From: Balamuthia mandrillaris
Lineage: Eukaryota
Assembly: GCA_031835245.2 (NCBI GenBank)
Contig: JAVKOQ020000003.1
Span: 62,001-126,000, forward strand
DNA: 64,000 nt
Reading direction: 5' to 3'
Part shown: one piece after another, positions 1-13,268 of the stretch
Layout: the number at the start of each line of letters is the position of its first letter
Numbering within the stretch: position 1 is the stretch's first letter
Program-made: the position numbers and the translations under genes
The notes under the pieces: model-generated
What the model saw: only the letters and a program-made list of their open reading frames with translations
What the model was told of the DNA's origin: nothing
Database searches by the model: none

Positions 1-1996
1 AGATATGGATTTGCTGTTTGCCAATCTATTTCCACATTTATCTTCACCAACTACCCTCATTACCGCAAAACGAACAAACATCACCAAAACGGAAGATGAG
101 CAACAAGAAGCTTTGGCCGTTGGTGAAGATGGGGCTTGGTGGCCACTGCAACAACCATTGCTAGCCACACAAGCAACAGAAGACTCTTCCTCTTCATCTC
201 TCTTCTCATCTTCAAGAAGCGGAAAGAAAAGACCATTCGCAGAGACTTCATCATCCTCCGAAGGTAGTTCAACAGTATCAGCATCAACAACGAGGAATGA
301 GGATCAAACAGAAGAAAAACGAGAAGACACAGACGAAGAGGAAGAGGAGGAGGAAGAAGGCGGTGAAAACGAAGATGATCAAGTACAGCTTGCAAAACAA
401 ACAGTGGAACGGAGTAAAGATGTCCTAAAGACACTCTGTGAATGGGCCATCACTAAACATCGCCGAACGAATCTATGTCGAACTTTTGTTACTGTTTCTC
501 TGATTCGCCGTTATGTACAGATTGTAAAAGTGCGTACTCTTCATATTCTATATTTTTCTAAAGTTGTTTTGCTTTCTCAATACTCTAGCTTTATTTACTT
601 ACTTTTACACCTGTTCTCAAACTGCATATAACAGAAAACTACTTCTAAAAGCGAACAAGAGAATGATGTAGATCTTCAATCCTTATTCACTTCGTTATTG
701 TCGATTCCAAGAACGAAAGAAGGTATCTTTATCTTTTGCCTTAAAGCACAAACGAATTCCTTTGTTTAACAAACAAAAAAAAATATAAACAGAACAAATA
801 GAAACTGTTCGACTTTTTGCGGAACTAATTCGGCACAAACTTTTCTCTCATGATGCATATGTTCGATACCACATTTCCTCTGGAACCCTTTTTCTCTCCT
901 CTGTTGGAACTGAGGTACGAAGTGTTCTCATTCTTTGATTTTTCTCATTCTCATTCTCTTGTATTCTTCTTTTTCTCTAGCAGAATCAGATAGCGGCGCA
1001 GCAGCGGTGGTATTTGCAACAATTGCCTCTTCCGAGCTCTCACAAGAGAGAACACAACCAACGACGTGCAGTGTTACGGACTCTTCCTGATAACGGCGTA
1101 CGTTTTTTTTTTTGTGTTTCGTAAGTTTCTTTTATTTAACTCAGCGAGGTGTTTTCTTATTTTTTTTAAAGTGGCTAGATGAAGAACAGACGCTGAATAA
1201 GCTACTGACTCGTCTTTCACAATTCTTTACCCGACTCCACCAACAGTATGACCAATCATCAGCCTCTTCTTCTCTTTTTCCTTTTCAATTTCCCTTTTAT
1301 CCTTCTTCCTCTTTGTCTGAAACATCGTCGATCGATGACAAAGCAAGTCTCTCGTTGGCGACTTATTGGGATTACGCTCCCAGAATAAGTTCTCCAAAAA
1401 TGACGAACAGAGTGTTCTGCTTTGCTCCTCCTTTTTCTCCTTCTATCGGGCAACCAACCAGCAACAAGCTAGAGGAAGATAGTGCAGACGAATATGGCAA
1501 AGAGATGAAAGCGTCATTGAGCGAAACGCTGGCTCACATCATGGCCAATGTGAATTCAAACAAGTGCTCACGCTATTGTCAGTCCTTCCTAAACGAGTGG
1601 CTTTGTAGTTGTGTGGAAAAATGTTTTCCTCCGTTTTTGATCTCTCCTGAGTACGGGCCGCTTTCGCTTCTTCCTTGTCTTTCTTAAAATCTCTTGCTCA
1701 TCCGCATTTTGTGATGTTTTTTTTTTTTGGTTGTTGTTGTTGTAACATTTATGTATCTACTCTGTACTTTTCGAATATGTATAGGAATACCTACCAGTGC
1801 ACAGCAGAGGAACTACAAACAGTGTTCTTAATTCTTTGCTGGACAAAGGATTATTATTCTGTTGCAGCTCTCTACTTTGTGGTCCTGCGTTCCGCTTCTC
1901 CTGCTCTACTACTCACGCTTCTTCATGTTGCTTATGAGGTTTGCTATTGTTTCTCTATCTTATTGAGCGTTCGTTTCTATTCTCGGTGCTTCTATG

Positions 1997-2032
<36 letters not shown>

Positions 2033-4587
2033 GTTAGTTAATGAGTTGCAACTCTGTAGCATGAACAAGTTTTCACAAGTCAAGCTTTGCTTATTCCTCT
2101 TCTAAATGAACTGTGGCGGAGAAAGGTAATTCGTTTCTTTTACCACTTTACTAAATCAGGAGTTATAACTGACCAATTATTTGCTTTACATTTTCATATC
2201 CAGGCCGACGCAGTAAATGGTGTTCAAGTCTGTCACTTGATGGCATATCTCTATCACAAATATAAGCATACAATTGCTCTGAAAAGATGGTCTTCAGTGA
2301 AACAGACCTTAGATCCACTGTTCAACAAGGTCAGTATTATCCCGCGCTCTCTCGTTAGCTCTTTATCAATTATAGTGTCTTTCTTCTCTTTCACCATTCT
2401 ATTGCTAATCTGTGTATTAGTACATGGAGAGTCAAGATTTCAGCACACAATTCAACAACGAACCATTCAAATCGGAGGAAATACAATCAATTAGTGCGTT
2501 GATGGACGCAAAAACTAAAGAAGAAAAAGAACGCACATTGGAATGCCAAGTAGAAGAAGGAAGAAAGAGAGGTAGAAGCAGTGTGGAGGGAAGAACAGAA
2601 TGTTCGTTGACGGAAGATGAAAAAACAGTTCATGATATCTTACAAGGATTATGCTTATGGACGATGGACCAAACGGTGAAAAACTTACGCCAATGGATAG
2701 ACGAAAGCAACCGGCCATCACGCAACAGAAAAGAGGTTCTTGCTCGTTACATGCTCTCTCAATTATTCCAGCTTTCTTCTCCTTTTAAAGAACAACGTGA
2801 AACTGCTTCACATGGAGGAATCAAAGAAGAAAAGGAGGAATCGAATGGAAGAAAACGAAAAAGAGAATCAACAGCTTCTTCTACTTCTACCGTTTTTGAA
2901 ACTAGTGACAAAGAAGAACAAGCGGAAAGCACAGCGAATATCTATGCTCGATTGCTTTGTTTGTTGAGCTCCACCTGTACTGAAGAGAAAGAAGAAGAAA
3001 CGACGGAAACAGAAGAAGAAGTAATGCTGCAAGTTGTGTTGCAAGCATTAGAGACAGAATCTACTTTGTCTGGAAGCGTTTCCATTTATCATTGCTTTCA
3101 ACATTTGTTGTGGTATGTCTTTCTTGCCTTGTTTCTTTTATACTTTCTTTATTGTCTTGTCATCCTTTTTTGTTATTTCCTGTTAAAACTAACATTTGTA
3201 TTTGTTTACAGGCCACAAAAAGAACAAACAATGGAAGTGGAAGATAGTGACGACAACAACGCTTTCTATCAAATACGCGAACAACGTACTTTCTATCGAG
3301 CCTTATCTCTTCTTACCACTCCTTGCCTCATCCACATCTGTCTACAGCAACAATCTTCATCCCCGCCCGCATCCTCAGATGGAAAACATCAAGCCTTTCT
3401 CTTCCAGTTTCTGCGCTCTATCATCCATCAAATGGATACCTTATGGCGGGCCGCTTTGATGCTTTCTTCGTCTTCCCCTAATTCTTCTTCTTCTCTCAAG
3501 AACAGACCAACAACGGATAACGGAAGAGCGTCACACAACCAACAAACAGCATTACTGCTTCGCATCAACTTTCTTTCCAAACTTTTAACTTTTGTCAAAA
3601 GCTTTTCGCCAAAATCCGAAACTGCAAGCGTTAACAACAACACAAACAGCAATGCGAACAACAACACAAATAACAGCACCAATAACTTAAAGGCAAAAGA
3701 AACGGAAACGAAAACTTCTAAAGAAGCAGATGACGGAACGACAACATCGGCTTCATATCAGAACTACGAAGAACTCTGTTTGACTCTCTTTAGGCAGCTC
3801 GATCCGAACTTTTTGTCAACCCTTGAAGACGACGAAACGTGTTTCATGATGTTGCTTCGTTTGTTCTCGGCTTTGCTCTTTGCGCGTTACACACCGTCAA
3901 TGCTTTCTCTCTCTCATCTTTGTCGCATGTTTAACTTTTCAACTTCTTCTCCTTTGGACGAAAGTAAAGAAGAGGTGGAAGGTAGCGCGATGATAACCAT
4001 GAATGAGAAGGTGGGAACTTCAAGTTCCCAGCAAAAAGAAGAAGCGACAGCAGCTCCGTTGGAGAAGGAAGCCACTTGGGTTGAAGTCCCTCGTTCGCTT
4101 CAACAAAAGCTCAAAGTTTGTTTTCCTTGCCTCTCTTCCTCTTCTTCTTCTCTTTCTTCTTCTTTCTTCTCTATGCTTTTCTCTTAACAAAACATTTTGT
4201 CAACAGGAGGAATATAAACGCTTCCAAAAAGAACTACGACGCCCTCGTCAACAGCAAATCGAGGAGCTCCTGCCTTTCCTCCCCAGCAGCAGCCGTCACA
4301 GCAGCACCAGCTCCAAATCGCAACACACTCTCTTCACTTTCCATCTCTCTGCCTCTCCCTCTCCATCCGCTGCTGCCCCTCAACCCTCCTCTTCCTCCGC
4401 TGCAGCACAAACGAATTCTTCTTCCGCTTTGCCCGCTTCCTCGACGTCGATGCAAGTGGACCCATGGTCCATGCTCGAGGACTATGACGAGACGCCACTG
4501 GCCCCATTCGCGTTGGGAGGGACCATCGTGAAAAGAGAGAGCATGACCTACGTTCAACCGTTCTTTGATGCTTCTTCTTCTGCGTAA
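1..4587 (+). CDS. MED12: Mediator kinase-module subunit Med12/Srb8 (5'-partial, ~10 exons in window)
   Basis: Spliced exons give Med12-like motifs: LCEWAITKHR (ORF 5..631), RLFAELIRHKLFSHDAYVRYHISSGTL (~809-890), EHNQRRAVL (~1050) and C-terminal VDPWSMLEDY. GT-AG introns join the frames; stop TAA at 4585-4587. Confidence 0.8.
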
Positions 4588-5050
4588 CCAACACTCCCCT
4601 GTTTTCCTTCTGAAAAATATCGAAATAATTTGCCCAAAAGTTCCGCTTTATCGATAATAATTTAACTATATTTTCTTTTTATAGTGAAAAATATTTGGAA
4701 AAAATGGCATTTTTTGGCCAAAAGTGCTCGTTCTATCGGTAACAATTGGGTCGGAGATGGCATTGGCGCCAACTAAATTTTGAAAGTAATTCATTTGAAT
4801 AGATTAATTGAGTTATAGCAATAATGTGAGGAGATAGCATTACACGCCTCTCTCTTTGAAACGAACGGAACTTTTTTTTTGCTCAGCCTCAGAGAAGGGC
4901 AACAAAAAAAAAAAAGAGAGAGAGAGAGGCAGAGAGGAGAGCACTGCAAAGTCCTTGCATTTTTTTTTTCTCCTCTAGCTTTCGTGGTGGCGTTGGCTTT
5001 GCAGCATTTTCAACAATCAGAGTTATTTGAAAGATTCAAAAGGGCAAAGG

Positions 5051-5712
5051 ATGAGCACCATTAAAGTGGGAACAAGAGGAGCGGCCAACAAGGGAGTTCG
5101 CCCTTCCACGGTGATCATCGGAGACCAACAGGTGGGGTCAGCCAAAAAGAGCGTCAGCGGCAGTCCCAACGTCCCCATCCGCTTTAACCTCCTCCACGAG
5201 CTCAAGAAGGTGTCCAGCTCCAAGTGCAAGGGCAAGCTGGTCATCCTGCAGTTTCACGAGAAGAACCTCACCTCCACGGACGCGGCCCTCATCGCCGAGG
5301 TCATGGAGAAGAGCAAGAGCGTGACGGCGCTCAGTTTGGCCGGTAACAAGCTCGGAGATGCTGGAGCAAAAACGTTTGTTTTTTCCCCTTCTTTTTTTTT
5401 AAATCTGTGCTGTTCTTTTCTTTTCTTTTCTTTTCTCTCTCTTTCTCTCTCTCTCGCTCTCTCTTTCTCTCTCATCATTTCGCGGCTTTGCATATTTATT
5501 TTCAAAAAAAAAGAATATTTTCGGCTTTGGAGAGAAATCGCTCGGTGAAAGCGTTGGACCTTAGTTACAACGAGCTGACCACTTTTGGGCTGAAGGACGT
5601 CAAAGAGAATCTCCGAAGCAACATTTATCTCTCCAATTTGGTCATCAAAGAAGTTCCCAAGTATGCTATTTCTTCTCTCCTCTTTCTCCCTCCCGTTTCT
5701 TCGCTGCTTTCC

Positions 5713-5755
<43 letters not shown>

Positions 5756-8700
5756 TTCTCCCTCTTGCTATCTCCTCTGCTCTGCTTCTCTCTCTGTCTC
5801 TCTCTGTCCCTCTGTCTCTATCCCCTCGGCTCTCCCATTCTTCTCCGCTTCGCTGCTTGCTAAAACAACTTAAACAGGTCCGGAGTGGGAGGCTTTCCAG
5901 CAAAGGGCAACAATCCGCCGTTGCAAGATCTGATGAAGATCATCAAAAGCAACATCGAGTTCAAAGAGGCGCGTCGCGGGAAGAACGACCGCGTGAAGCT
6001 CAGCAAACGCAACTTGATCGCAATGCCGCCAGAGATTCCTCGCATGACCCATCTTACAAGACTGGACCTCTCTAAGAATGCCATCACTTGGATTCCTCCC
6101 GAGTTTTGCAAGGTTCTTTTTTTTGCCATTTCTCTCTTCTCTCTTTTTTCTCTTCCTGTTCTTCTTGTCTTCTTTAATCTTCTTCGTTCTTCTTCCTTCT
6201 TTCTTCTTGCTTCGTTCTTCCCTCCTTCTCACGTTGAACCCACAAAACAGCTGATAAACCTGAAAGAGTTGATCCTGAGCAACAACGAGCTTCAATTCAT
6301 GCCGTATGGCTTGGCCGACCTTCAACAGCTCTCCGTGTTGAAGATCAACAACAACGGACTTTGGCGTATCTGCCCCTCTGTCATTGCACTGATGAAGCAG
6401 CTGAAGACAGTCGACGTGGCCAATAACCGTTGCTCTAATTCTTCCTCCAAAGCTGCTTCTGCTGATCTCATAAATGGTTCGTTCTCCCTCTTCTTGATAT
6501 TGTTCTTGTTCTTGTTCTTGTTCTTCTCGTTGTCTCCTCTCCTTTCGCTCTCCTCTGCTTTTCTCTCTTCTTCTTGATGTTCTTTTTGTTCTTCTTTTTG
6601 TTCTTTTTCTTTTTCTTTTTCTTTTTCTTTTTCTTTTTCTTTTTCTTCTTCTTCTTCTTCTTCTTCTTCTGCTTCTTCTTCTTCTTCTTGTTCTTGTTCT
6701 TCTTCTTCTTCTTGTTATTGTTGTTGTTCTTCTTCTTGTTCTTCTTGTTCTTCTTCTTCTTCTTCTCTTAAATGTCGACATTTGCTGCTTCAAAAACAAT
6801 ACTGACATTACCAACAATATAGCGGACTGGGTCGAAAAGTTTTACGAGCATTATACGGCTGGTTCCGCTGGAAAGAAACAACAAATAAACAATAACGATG
6901 ACGAACTTTCGTCCACTCCCAGCGAAACTCCTGAAAACAGCAACAACGAAGACGAACGTGCTTCTTCCGATCTGGGCTCCGATCTGCTGTCCCCCAAGCA
7001 ACTCTCCCAAGTCTTCATTGAGAGCAACGAGTTTATGAGCTTCTTCGCAAGGAGACTCGAAGTTTTGGACGTTCAGCGACGAGTTTACTTTGATGCTTTG
7101 ATGAAGGAAAGGGAGGAGGAGCTCAAAAAGAACACCAAGAAAGAGAAAGCGCAAGGTATCATCTTCTTTCTTTTTTTCTTTGCATCATGGCTTTCTTGTC
7201 GTTTCTCTCCTTCTTTCTCTGACATTTTTAAAACCAACAGAGATAACAATCGGCTTTGAAGAAGTTCCAGACAAGCCCTATCTCATCGAGCTGGAGTCCC
7301 TCGAAGTGAACTACAACAACGCCACAGGCAATCTCCTCCAGGAAGAGACCTACGATCCGGCTGCCCTCGGCATCACCCATAAAAGCGGCAGCAGCGCGAC
7401 GAGCATCAGCCCTCAAACTCCAGGCCGCGGCAAAGAGGAGGAGGAGGATAAGGATGCCAAGAAGAAAGCGAAGAAGACCAGGCTCTTCAGCACAAAGAAG
7501 AAGGAGAAGTTGCGAAAGCAGACGGCTAAAGCGACGTTGGATTCACGAAAGAAGGGCACTGTCTATGGACGTATGTTTTTCTTTCTTTGGCTCGTTCTTT
7601 GCTTCTACTTCTCTCTGCTTTGCTCCTCGTCGTTTTCTCTCTTCTCTATTCCTCGTTGCACTTGTTTAAAAAAAAACCAAAACAGAAGGAGGAGCGACCA
7701 ACAAACGCCCTCAATACTTGGCCATTGCCAAACGCGTCTTCCAAAAGCTAGACCCAGAGAACAGAGACCGCATCTCCCTCAGGCTCTTCCTTTCGAGCAT
7801 GCAGGACCTCTCCAAGCTGCTTCAAGGCACCGGCTTTGACATCAACACCGATCCTTGCCGAACCGACGCTCGCCATATCCTCATCGATGCCTCCCCTGAA
7901 GACAAACAACATCAACAACATGTCATGAGAGTGAAGCCCCTGGTGGTCATCCCGAAGCTCTGCGATAAGCCCATTACTGGCATTGCCGTCTATCATCCTT
8001 CATTGGAGCAGAGAAAAGCCATCAAGCAGCACCGCAAAGAGTCGTTGCTGCGACAAAGATGCAACAGCGTGGATGTGACCAGTCCAAGGATGAAGCAACC
8101 TCCTTCTCAACAACTCATGCAACATACTCATGCAGCGGCAACAAAGGAGAAGGAAGGAGAGCAATCAGGCCCATCCTCCTCCCAATCGGACCTTACAGCG
8201 GAGTTGCAACAACGTCTGAGGAAGCAAACTGCAGCCTCGGATGGAGGAGAAGAGACAGAGGAAGAAGGAGAACGATCCAAAGGGTCCGATGAAACCGACG
8301 AGCAAGAGCAGGACCAAGACGTGATCGACGAGGCGGATGTCGACTTTGTTGAAGACGGTTCCGGCGAAGGCACAGCCACCCTCAATACCAACAACCCTGA
8401 ATGGGGAGACGCCACCACGTTCGAAGACTTCACGGAGGACCAAAGCGAAGCCAGCGAAATGGAGAGCGAAGCAAGCGATGATGAGGGCAGTTTTGCTGGC
8501 CTGGAAAGCAGTTTCAGCAACATAGATCCATCGGTGTTGCTGAGGGTGCGTGGCAAGGGCAGCTTAAGAGGCCGAAAGACCGGTCCCAGGGCTAGTGTGA
8601 TCGGTGCTGCTGGTGTTGCCGAGGGTGGTGATCCTTCTTCCGGTCCCAAACATCAGCCGGTTTGTATTCTTTTTTCGTCGTTATTGTTTCATCTTGATAT

Positions 8701-10513
8701 TACTTTAGCAGAACACTGACAACAGCAATATATATAAAGGGAAGGCCACGCCTTGCCGTATTGCAGCGCACCATTTCAGATTCATCGTCTCCACGATCCA
8801 CTCCTCCTCCTCCTCGTAGCAACTCATCCCTCGCAATGAAAGGCAAATTCCCGAAGAAGCAGAACCGAACTGGCGACCTTCTCGTGCTAAGTCTTGACGA
8901 TGATTGCATTCGCATTCTTGATTTGGATGTATGCTTTCTTTTTCTCCTCCATCTTCTTTTTCTTTTTCTTCCTCTCACTATTGTCTGTTACAAAAGGCTG
9001 TTGAGTTTCTGTACAAGATTGACGCGAGCGTACGTCAATTGGAAGTCGTGCAAGATAACTCTATGCTCATCTTTGCTGAGAGGAAGAACCACACCCTGCA
9101 AGCTTGGGACGTTGTGGTACGTGAGCTTGCTGTTTTGATCTTCTTGTCCACCTCTCCTTTTATCTGGCCATTGTTTCAACTCTCCTGCTCACCATTTCTT
9201 CTCTTTCACCGTTTCGTCTTTATTCCTTCTCTGTTGTCATCTCTTTTTGCAGACTGGCAAAGAGACACACCGTCTGGAGGGTCACACGGGATGGGTTACT
9301 GAATTCGCAGTGACGAGCAGCGGAGCCAATGCTGCCGTTGAAGTTTACAGCTCCTCAGCCGATCACAGCGTCCGCCATTGGAAGCTTGAACCAACCACTG
9401 CAGAGGAGACAAAGAAGGTTCCTTTCTTTCTTTTTTTTTCTTTACTTTGAGCTTTTGCTCTGTCTTTTTTTTTCTTGTTCTCATTGCAATGCTTCATAGA
9501 TTTCTGCCTCAAGAGAGTTTGATGCGAAAGATGCGGTTACATCGATGGCCATCCATGGAGAGAAGCACATTATCTATGCTAGCACTGCTTCAGGAGAAGA
9601 CAATGTGCGCGCCTGGGACATGCAGGTTTGTTTTGCTTTTGATTCTGCTGCCTCTTTTGCCTTCTCTTTGCTCTCATTCTTTCGTCTGCCTTCACTCTTT
9701 TCTCTTTTTCATTTGCTCAAACATACAAAACCAAAAAACAAACACAAAAGACCGGGACAAGCCTTGGTGTGTTGAAGGGACATGAGAACATGGTATTCGG
9801 TATCAAGCTTTACAAAGACATGCTCTACACTTGTTCTCGCGATCAAACCATTCGTGCCTGGACTACCCAGGTTTCTCTCTATGTCTCTCTCTTTCGTTTT
9901 CTGTTTCTCTATTCCTTATACCCTTTTTCTAGTTCCAATCCTACGAGTGTGCTCAGGTTATTGATGCCAAGACCTCGAAGATGAACGCCAAAAAGTTCGA
10001 GATAACTGGCCTTTACTTATGGTTCCTGAAGGAAACCAAAATCAAGATCTTCAACACCAAGGTACTTGCTCTTCTTTGTGCTTGTGCTTGTTCTTCTCAC
10101 CTCTTTGTTTTGCAATGCGCCAAATGCAGACCGGACAGCACATTCTGACGATGAAGGGAAGCAGCCCAATCACCCACATTCAGCTGTTTGGCCATGAAGG
10201 AGACTATCCAGGTTACCTCGTCTCTTGCTCTCAGAATGGCACCATCGCCATTTCTTCCATTATGGTTTGCTCTTCTCTCTCTCTCTTCTCTACTCTCCTT
10301 GCATTCTCCAGTTCTAACTTCCCTCTTTCTCGCATGCTCCAGACGGGAAAGACGCTGCTGTTGCTGGAAGGAGCAAACCAGCCTATCACCGCCTTCCACC
10401 TCGACCTCACCAAGAACTCTTTCCAAGCAGCCCTGAAGGATGGCAGCGTTTGCGTCTGGTCGTTGAAACCCCTCCAGCTCGAATTCGTTTGCAAGGAGCT
10501 TTGGAACGTGTGA
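5051..10513 (+). CDS. Leucine-rich-repeat + WD40-repeat protein (~15 exons)
   Basis: ATG 5051. RNI-like LRRs (VTALSLAGNKLGDAGAK, KALDLSYNEL), typical LRRs (LTRLDLSKNAITWIPPEF, LKELILSNNELQFMP), acidic linker, then WD40 repeats (LEGHTGWV...SSADHSVRHWK; LKGHENMV...CSRDQTIRAW). Stop TGA 10511-10513. Confidence 0.8.
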
Positions 10514-11032
10514 AACCATTACAAACAAACAAACGAACAAACAGACACACCAATGGTTTTTTTTTTGCTTGTCTCTGTACTATCTTTTTTTGACTGCAAC
10601 ATAAAGGGTTGTTTTATTTTCTCTTGTTCTTCTTCTCTGTTCTCTTTCACCTCGAGTAAGCCAAACGCGTTCGCTTTCGTCTTCCCTATCTTTCTCTTCG
10701 TTCCTTCCTTCTTCTCGTGCACTCTTCTTGTTCTCGCTTTGCTCCCTCTTCCTCTCTTCCTTTCTTCCTCTCTCTCTCTCTCTCTCTTCATCTTCCTCTC
10801 TCTCTCTCTTCATCTTCCTCTCTCTCTCTCTTCATCGTTCTCTTCTCTTCTCTCCTCTCCTTTTCTTTGCAAATGTGCATCCGTGGTGCACAAATCGACA
10901 ACGATTTGACGACCTTCCAGGCATAGGACCACAAATGGTGCTCAAAAGGTGCTTTCATTGTGGACCTCATTTAAATGTCGACGTGCACACTCCTGCACAA
11001 AAAAGAGTAGCGAAGAGAAAACAAGAAAAGAG

Positions 11033-12325
11033 ATGGGAACTTCAAACAGCAAACTCTCTTCTGGCACAGCAGCTGGAAGGAGCTCCTTCTCTCATCTTTC
11101 CTTCACGCCAACTGAGCTCAGCACTTTACGCCAGTGCTATGCCTCCTTGATTGCCTCTCATCATCATCCTCAGCAACAACAACAACAGAAAGCCCTTCTC
11201 TCGTTTGCAGCTTTTCAGAAACATCTGTTGCACGCCCTTCCGGAGGAGCTGAAGAGGAGAGAAGAAGGAGGAGAAGGACGTTTTGTACGAGCCCTCTTCC
11301 ATGGCTTTCAGGATGCCTCCCAACGGGCACAAGGGGGTGGAGGAGGAGACGCAGAGCACCTCAGCGAAGAACAGTTTCTCTCAGGGATTGACGCCTGTCT
11401 CAAGTCAGGGCTCTCGGACCAATTTCGTTTCTTTTTCAGTTTGACTCCCTTTTATCCTTCTTCTTCCTCACATGAAGCCCCGAAAGAAGAGAAACAAGAC
11501 GAAGAAGAACCTGAAAGTGCTTTGGAAGGACTTTTGACCGACTGCGCCATTCTTGCTACTGCTTCTTCTTCCTTTTCTTCTTCTGCTTCGTCTTCTTCAT
11601 CTTCTGCTTCGTCTGCTTCGTCTTCTTCTTCGACATGTATTAGAGAAACTTGGAGAACTCTGTTTGCAAAGCCACTGTGTAAAGGAAGAGAACAACAACA
11701 GAAAGAAGGGAGCGCAGGAGTGGAAGAGTTTGTAAGCTGGGCCATCCAAAACATGCCTTACCTCTTTACAAGCAGCGTGGAGCGGTTTGTTGAGAGAGCC
11801 TTCGTGGTCCATTCTTCCTCCTCTCCTTCTTCATCAACGAGCTCTGTACAACAACAACAGAAATGGAGATTGCCACAAGTGCAACATGTTCGTTCTACGG
11901 AGGCGTTGTTGCCGTTGCCTTGTCTCTATGCACTGTCGTTGGCGTTACCTGAGAAGCAAACCTCTTGGCGTCTCCTTTATTCCAGTTCGTTTTTTTTTTC
12001 CCTGCCTTTTTATTCCTTTCACTTCCTTTTCTAAAGTTAAAAAAAACAAACACAGGCGGGGACCATGGGAACAGCTTCAATCGCTTTTGTCATTACGTGT
12101 TAGGCTACGAAGGCCCATCCGTGATGCTCATCCGCGACATGAATGGTCATCTATTTGGTGCTTACATTTGTGATGGTAGCTTTCATTTTTTTTCATTTTG
12201 TTCATTCCTGCGTAACTGACTTTCGGACAAACAGGATGGCGAGACTCTCAAACGTACTACGGGCAAAGTGGATCCGTTTTGTTCTCTCTCGTTCCTTTCT
12301 ATGCCATCTATAGGTTTGTTCTCTT

Positions 12326-12378
<53 letters not shown>

Positions 12379-12979
12379 CTCTCCTTTATCTAAATAAAAC
12401 AAACAGAGCAACAGGGAAAGAAACCAACTTTGTATACACAAACACCAAAAAGAGCTCATACTTGGATCTCCCGGTTGGGGTCGGATTTGGCGGCTCCATC
12501 GGCAACTTTAGGCTTTGGGTGGACGATGACTTTGCCGCTGGTACCAGCCGTGGCTTAGGCTCTACCTTCGAGAGGGGGTTTGTTGTTTTCGACCATCTTC
12601 TTTATCTTCTTACTGTTGCTTCTTTTTGCTTTTCTTTTCTTCATTAACATTTTTTTCGAACAAAGGCCTATCACGGACTTCAGTTTCCAAGTGGCTCAAA
12701 TAGCGGTTTGGGGCCTGGGTGGACAGGAAGCTGACCTTGCTCAAGCCGAAACCCGCCAAAAAGAAGGTTTGATACTAATATTCTTTCACCCTTGTGCTTT
12801 TCATCTTTTTTGTTATTTTTTTCTTATTTTCTTCTGCAAACAAAATAGCTAAAGAACTTGAAAAGAGAAAAGTGGTAAACAAGAAAATGTTGGGCGAAGG
12901 ATGGAGCGACGGTCCTGACAAATATCCTTTTCCCCTTCTTTCTTATTTCTTGTTGTTCTCTCGTCGTTCTCTTAGTCGT

Positions 12980-13034
<55 letters not shown>

Positions 13035-13126
13035 TGTCTCTCCTTAATTCGTTTGCAACGTGGATGATGGATTTAGTTGGAAAGACAGGAGTAAGCGATG
13101 GCTTTGTGGAAGACCGCCAAGTTTGA
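11033..13126 (+). CDS. TLDc-domain protein with N-myristoylation-type start (MEAK7/TLDC-like)
   Basis: MGTSNSK start. Spliced TLDc motifs WRLLYSSGDHGNSFNRF, YEGPSVMLIRD...LFGAY, GVGFGGSIGNFRLWVDDDF, IAVWGLGG. Last intron is AT-AC. Confidence 0.85.
12922..13059 (+). other. U12-type (minor spliceosome) AT-AC intron
   Basis: 5' ATATCCTTT, branch-site TCCTTAAT shortly upstream of a 3' AC. Splicing restores ...GPDK|WMMDLVG and removes a (CT)n tract. Confidence 0.9.
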
Positions 13127-13268
13127 AACACTCAGGACACCGAGTGCTTCTTCTTTCCTCCTCTTTCCATTCCTTTTTCTTTTTTGCTATTTAAAACGAC
13201 TCATTAAACTGTAAAAAAAAATGTTTTTTTTCTACACAATAAATAAGTTTGAAACAAAAAGAAAGAAG

